Shown here: piece by piece, positions 58,945 to 64,000 of the stretch
How the letters are laid out: the number at the start of each line of letters is the position of its first letter
How positions within the stretch are numbered: the first letter of the stretch is position 1
NCBI GenBank assembly: GCA_010093745.1
Contig: MU005987.1
Span: 124,001-188,000, forward strand
Length of the DNA: 64,000 bases
Reading direction: 5' to 3'
Source: Piedraia hortae CBS 480.64
Lineage: Eukaryota
Translations under genes and position numbers: made by a program
Notes under the pieces: model-generated
Databases searched by the model: none
What the model was told of the DNA's origin: nothing
Seen by the model: only the letters and a program-made list of their open reading frames with translations

Positions 58945-60891
58945 ATGAGCTTTGTGCATGACGTGGTTCATCGCATTGATGCGCAGCTTGACCACCTCCA
59001 GCTCGTGACGGCCGTCGCCGACAGTGTGTCGCCGCAGACGTTGGCGTTGCAGGCCGCGATTCGTGGGTTGACAACATCTGACAGCCGTAGCCTCGTTCGG
59101 CGGGGACAAGTTCTCTCTTGTCTCGAATCCATCCCACAGGTATCCGAAGAACAGTCCCTCGAAGCGCAGCCAATCACTTCCTCCGACAACAGTTCTACTC
59201 CCTCCGAAGATCAGGCTTACGTTGAAGAGGCATACAGATCCGATCTAGAATGGTTACTCATATTCAAGGCGACAGCACAAATATACGGACATGTACTGAA
59301 AACCATTCTGGACCAGGCCATCGATATCTCCAACGATATCGAATACTGGGACCAAACACTAAACTCGCGGACTTCTTGCGCACTCTATGGAGTGCAGATC
59401 CTTCCCCTTCATGTCTGGGATATCTGGGAGCAGGCGAGCTGTTCTTTGAACATACGTCACATTGGGCAAAGTCTCAGAAACGGTGCCACCCAACCCCTGC
59501 GTGATAGGTGGACCGAGTTCTACCGCTTGGCTAGGGAAGCCGTCAGCGAGCGGAATCTGCAGAAGCAGATTCTGGGGCCAATCACGCGCTTACGCCGGGG
59601 TATTCGACTGAAACAGTCTGCGTTGAAAAAGGCACGACTGCGCAACGCGAATGCGTTAGGCGTGCTGCTAGGCGAAGGGCTGGCCAAGGAAAATGCACAT
59701 AAAGACGACGAAACAAATATAGAGTCGCAACAGCAGTGGAGGGGCTCGGTTGCTCGTAATGTTGTGCTCATGGAAGCCGTTCTGAACAAGGCTGTCGATA
59801 CACAAACTCCACTCGATAACTTCGATGCGTCTGTTGCTGATCAGACCGATACCGATCCTGTTTTTGATAGCGTTGACGAACCTCAGGTCTTGGCTGCCCG
59901 ATTGAGCGACCTGCTGACTCAGACACTGCCCAACTACGTTCAAAGTGCAAAATTGGAGTCCCATGCCCATGGCAAGCCGTCGCGGTTGATACGGTATTGG
60001 TTACCCGTAACCATCGGAACACTCTCTGGGAGTACAATCCTCCGCATCCTGTTTAATCGTCGAGCTGATCTTTTGCAATGGGTTCGAGATCTCGGTCATA
60101 CTGTAATTGACTTTTGGCAAAATTGGGTGGTCGAGCCGCTGCGGCATGTCATTCAAACAATTCGTCATGATGAAGCTGGTGAAGTGAGTCTTTTGTCGAA
60201 GCGATCGCTGCAGGGAGATCAAGAATCCCTGGAGCGCATGGTCGTCGACTTTGCAATTGATAATCCATTTTCGGCGACTGGCCGCAACAAACCGCTCACC
60301 ACTGCGGAAGTTAATGAAATCCGCACAAGGGTGCGTGAAGGGGACGTCACACCGGTGCTTAAAGCGTACGAACAAGACCTTGCTTCGCCTTTCATGAGTG
60401 CTGTCCGAGGTAACCTTGTCCGTGCGCTTCTTATCCAGATCCAAAAAACGAAGGTTGACATCGATGTGGCCATGGGAGGAATCGATTCTCTGCTCAAGTC
60501 GCAAGAACTTGTTTTTGGCGTAGCTGGTCTTACGCCTGGCATTCTCGCCACATACTTTACCCTTCAATATTTCCTCTCTACCTTGTCCAAGAAGCGTTAT
60601 CTTCGTTCTTCGCGACGCCAAGGGGGCATGCTCCGTCTTTTGCGCAACATTGACAGGATCATAACCAATGCAACTCCTACTGAATACGGAGAACTCCCCT
60701 ATCGAGACCTGGGTCAGTTGATATGCGAGGTCCATGCTCTCCGTCAGGCTGCCCACTATGTCATGCCGCCTCGCGTCTTTGCCGATTTGGCCGTGGACAC
60801 TGATCAACTTTGCGACGTCAGAATGGGCGTTGCGCGACAAGTTACCATTGCGAAAAGGATCAGATGGGGATACGCGTATTACTTTTCATGA
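58945..60891 (+). CDS. NCA2: Nuclear control of ATPase protein 2
   Basis: GKPSRLIRYWLP, FWQNWVVEPL..TIRHD, SLERMVVDF, GNLVRALLIQIQKTKVDIDVAMGGIDSLLKSQELVFG. Confidence 0.92.
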   Translation: MSFVHDVVHRIDAQLDHLQLVTAVADSVSPQTLALQAAIRGLTTSDSRSLVRRGQVLSCLESIPQVSEEQSLEAQPITSSDNSSTPSEDQAYVEEAYRSDLEWLLIFKATAQIYGHVLKTILDQAIDISNDIEYWDQTLNSRTSCALYGVQILPLHVWDIWEQASCSLNIRHIGQSLRNGATQPLRDRWTEFYRLAREAVSERNLQKQILGPITRLRRGIRLKQSALKKARLRNANALGVLLGEGLAKENAHKDDETNIESQQQWRGSVARNVVLMEAVLNKAVDTQTPLDNFDASVADQTDTDPVFDSVDEPQVLAARLSDLLTQTLPNYVQSAKLESHAHGKPSRLIRYWLPVTIGTLSGSTILRILFNRRADLLQWVRDLGHTVIDFWQNWVVEPLRHVIQTIRHDEAGEVSLLSKRSLQGDQESLERMVVDFAIDNPFSATGRNKPLTTAEVNEIRTRVREGDVTPVLKAYEQDLASPFMSAVRGNLVRALLIQIQKTKVDIDVAMGGIDSLLKSQELVFGVAGLTPGILATYFTLQYFLSTLSKKRYLRSSRRQGGMLRLLRNIDRIITNATPTEYGELPYRDLGQLICEVHALRQAAHYVMPPRVFADLAVDTDQLCDVRMGVARQVTIAKRIRWGYAYYFS

Positions 60892-61253
60892 ATAGCTTAT
60901 TTGTGAGCCCGTGAGCGTTGTGTTACTGTTCATGGTACTTTGCATGGTCATTCACCTTCTTCAGCCAACGAGATCTTTTTCATTGCCACGTTGTTTCTTG
61001 AAATGAGGCCAACCAATTCCATATTTGGGACAACTTTGTTCTCAACAAATTGACTCTACCCAGCTGTATAATTAAACCTTTGGGCCAAAACCTGCACTTA
61101 ACCATAGACAACACTTCCGAACACCCTTGCGCCGGTGTCTCTATCTCTACAACGTTGCGAGCTCTTAACAAGGGAATGATCACTGGCATTGCATGTCGTA
61201 GTGTCATTTATCCAAGTCAGGCCAAAACAAAAAATACCGAGAACCAGAAAGAG

Positions 61254-62708
61254 ATGCCAAAGTTCCAACTCATCGCAGTCCAATGGGGATGATCCGGACC
61301 CGCGGGCGACGAGCGTATTTGCCGAAGATATCTCTGACCATCGTCTAGGTGGCTATCATCCGATTTGTCTTGGGGATACCTTTAGTGAGAACTGTTACAA
61401 AATCTTACCCAAATTGGGCTATAGTTCCCATTCGAGAGTTTGGGCGGCTAGAGATCGACAGTATGCATCTATATAACGTGCCAGTGCAAAGCTTACCTGA
61501 TGTAGACGACGGGAGTACCTGGCGGTCAACGTATGACAAGCTGACGCCAAGGACAAGGCCAAGATGATGCGAGAGGTTTCAATAGGCGACAATCATCCTA
61601 GCAAAACCCGCCTGCTGGTGATGCTTGGCTACTTCCATCACGAAGGGCCAAATGGAGTTCACAGTTGCGTCGTTGAACAGCTTTATGGATCCAATACTCG
61701 ACATGTTGGGAGCAACTACTTTGGACTTGGGCAGGAGCTACCGGGAGAGCTATGCAAAAGCATTGCCAAATAGATTCTTCTAGGCATCGACTGCTTGCAT
61801 CAAAACGACATCGTTTATGGAAATCAGCATAACACAACCCGTCACTAAACATATTTATCATGGAACAGACTTATTCATCAATCATATCGGTTTTGGGCTC
61901 TCCAAAATGGACGAAATACACAAGTTACCGGAACACAACTTTATGAAGCTGCTCACTAAACCATATCACATCAAGGATACTGGTGGTACTGATTTTATGG
62001 AAGATTGACCACAGAGACCTGGAGCTCCCTAATACTTGGTCGGACCTACGTCTTGTCCAGTACAACTGTCGACCAATCCGCCTCCCATCAAGATAATTGG
62101 TTTCGACGAGGCATTTCCGAACTCAGATCCTTCGGACTGAATTTTCCCATCGATATGGGTACAACCACCGGAAAGTGTACTGGGCAACAAACTCGATCAT
62201 CGGGTTGACTACTGAAGTTTTGCTTGCACGGTATGTTAATTCAGATGAGTGGAAAATGGGCTGACCTCCCAGGTGATGGAGTTCCTCCTAGGAGACACAA
62301 TCTTTGGCGACATCATGGCAAACAAAGAAGCAAATTATTACCGACATGATTCAAATGACGGGAGAGGACGTGTTACCTCGCTGGCGGCCCGCCTGGGAAA
62401 GGTTATACGAGGAAGAGACACTACTAGAAATCCAATACAAGGATTATCAACAAATTGAACAAGCCGTGCAACAAGACATCAATGCCCGCAACCTAGCTGA
62501 GAACTATCGTGCTTTGTTCTATCCAAACCCAGACCCAGAGTCAGAACCACCCGAACACCGTTATATGGAAGAAGTTTATGAGCTTGAAGGCGATCAGAAG
62601 ATTCATTTCCCGCCGGAAGAACATCAGAATTACATGTTTTCGGCCAAATCCATGCTTCGAATGGACCCTAGAGCTCGGGCATCCGCACAAATTATCTCCA
62701 GTCTCTAG
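61254..62708 (+). pseudogene. SRPK-like (expanded fungal family) protein kinase pseudogene
   Basis: EDISDHRLGGYHPICLGDTF..KLGYSSHSRVWAARD, HEGPNGVHSC, in-frame TAG at 61771-61773, degenerate catalytic loop (YG..DL) and IKIIGFDEAF in place of IKIxDFG; frameshifts. Confidence 0.75.
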
Positions 62709-63202
62709 TTTCTGAATTAAGCCAGCAGCTGACTAGGGAGGTGAATTCTGATGGAGAGGCTTGTGTGTACAGCGTCAGGTATCGAGGTTTCTCATGGAAA
62801 AAGGGCGCATCACAAATGGGCAGAGGTTGGAAAGTTATAATCCAATGGAGTCATGGAAAATCTTTACTAAGTAAGAAGAGACTTCTGGGGAAGGTGAAAC
62901 AAAACTTCGATCAGCATCGTCATACAAAAAATTCTAATCCAATTTTAGTTGCCTTCGGATATTGAATTCGTACCGGTCGTTAACAAAGAACCTACCTTGT
63001 GTGTCGGAGGACTCTGCATGGGTGGAGATGGTGCAATACACACTTCTCCATTCGATGAAACCATTGATTGATCGGTCCGTTTGCAAAAGCGAATGTTTTA
63101 CAGCTGAGCATACGAATTGTTCATACGGAAGGTCTTCCAGAGACCGTCTATGCGGGGTTGTTAAACGTAGCACGTCGGGTATTTCACATTATGACGAGCT
63201 CC

Positions 63203-63514
63203 TCACTTCTTTCCACTCTTCTTGATTCCCTGACTGCCAGTGTTCATGGGTCCTTTGCCTATATAATGGCAAATTAGCTGACATTTGGGAGTTCGTACGG
63301 GCTGTATACATACCACTGGCCTTTTTAGCTAGTTCTTCGCGGGCCTTTTTATCCGCAGCTTGCTTTGCTTTGAATGCCTTATCTGATTGTCGTGAGTTTT
63401 CAGGCTTCCCGCGCAACACGATGATCCCCCACCTTGCTCATCCTCTTCAGTGACCTTTTTCTTTGGCTTTTTGTTATGAATTGGATTTGTGCCTGTTCCT
63501 TGGCCAGAAGGCAT
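63203..63514 (-). CDS. TMA7: Translation machinery-associated protein 7; exons 63514-63433, 63382-63314, 63258-63203
   Basis: Spliced [68 protein letters not shown]. Confidence 0.9.
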
Positions 63515-63771
63515 GATTGCAGTGTTTTCGATTTGGTGGTGGTGGTGGTTGATTGCTGCGGGGTGCGGGCCAATAGGATTTCTCGGGAGAATCCGCCCAC
63601 ATTCCATCAAACAGCAGCAACAGCAGCGGCATTACGATATCGTAAATTGAGACACTGGATACCCACGCGCACTCTTCACTGCTGGCTACAGCCGCCCGTC
63701 ATGCATCCTGGGCCTGGAACTTCCTTGCGCGTACCTTTCCGAGCAGAACTACAAGCATTAGCCACCTGCAG

Positions 63772-64000
63772 CGCCAGCTAGCCCAGCGGCCGAGATTGTA
63801 TGTTACTGGAGCTTCAATAGCAGCAGCCACATTACTTTACGTCCTTGCACCCTCGCTATTTGGCAATGGCAGCACTGTTCGACATGCAAAGAGCCAAGCA
63901 AACGGTGTGGTTGGCCTTACCAACCTGGCAAATGACTGCTTCATCAACAGCGTCCTCCAGGCCCTCGCCGGCTTGCCGAGTTTGCGGGAATACCTTCAGG
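63772..64000 (+). CDS. UBP16: 5' part of a membrane-anchored ubiquitin C-terminal hydrolase (Ubp16/USP30-like); runs off the window, start uncertain
   Basis: YVTGASIAAATLLYVLAPSLF (TM anchor), then the Cys box VVGLTNLANDCFINSVLQALAGL. Confidence 0.8.

Overview
Eukaryotic, gene-dense DNA from a filamentous ascomycete (Pezizomycotina; a Eurotiomycete such as Chaetothyriales is my guess, not demonstrated). Genes carry very short GT-AG introns, mostly 40-55 nt, which I reconstructed by hand. The first 22 kb hold an iron-siderophore cluster: a 4,724-aa six-exon ferrichrome/ferricrocin-type NRPS (SidC-like, A-T-C-A-T-C-T-C-A-T-C-T-C-T-C), a divergent ABCB/MDR transporter and L-ornithine N5-monooxygenase (sidA). 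Both cluster promoters carry paired perfect ATCWGATAA (SreA-type) boxes. The rest is mainly housekeeping genes: MRPL28, Usp, GPR89/GPHR, LYS2, an RBR E3 ligase, SR protein Srp2, ETF-QO, TBP, DAP1, TFIIF-alpha, a Cid1-family nucleotidyltransferase, HGH1, IMH1 golgin, SRPK, ERG25, NCA2, TMA7 and the start of a UBP16-like DUB. Three decayed islands interrupt them: integrase-core and MULE-like relics (about 29-31.3 kb), a DUF3505/telomere-linked-helicase-like relic (about 48.8-50.7 kb) and an SRPK-like kinase pseudogene (about 61.3-62.7 kb). Best leads: a 6-nt and a 28-nt micro-exon, a C-rich then G-rich switch at the 3' ends of several CDSs, an open frame continuing past the Cid1-like stop, an HMGN-like motif in an orphan protein, and a UBP16-like frame with no in-frame ATG. 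All family assignments come from motif recognition; no database searches were run. I found no clearly new multi-gene system.
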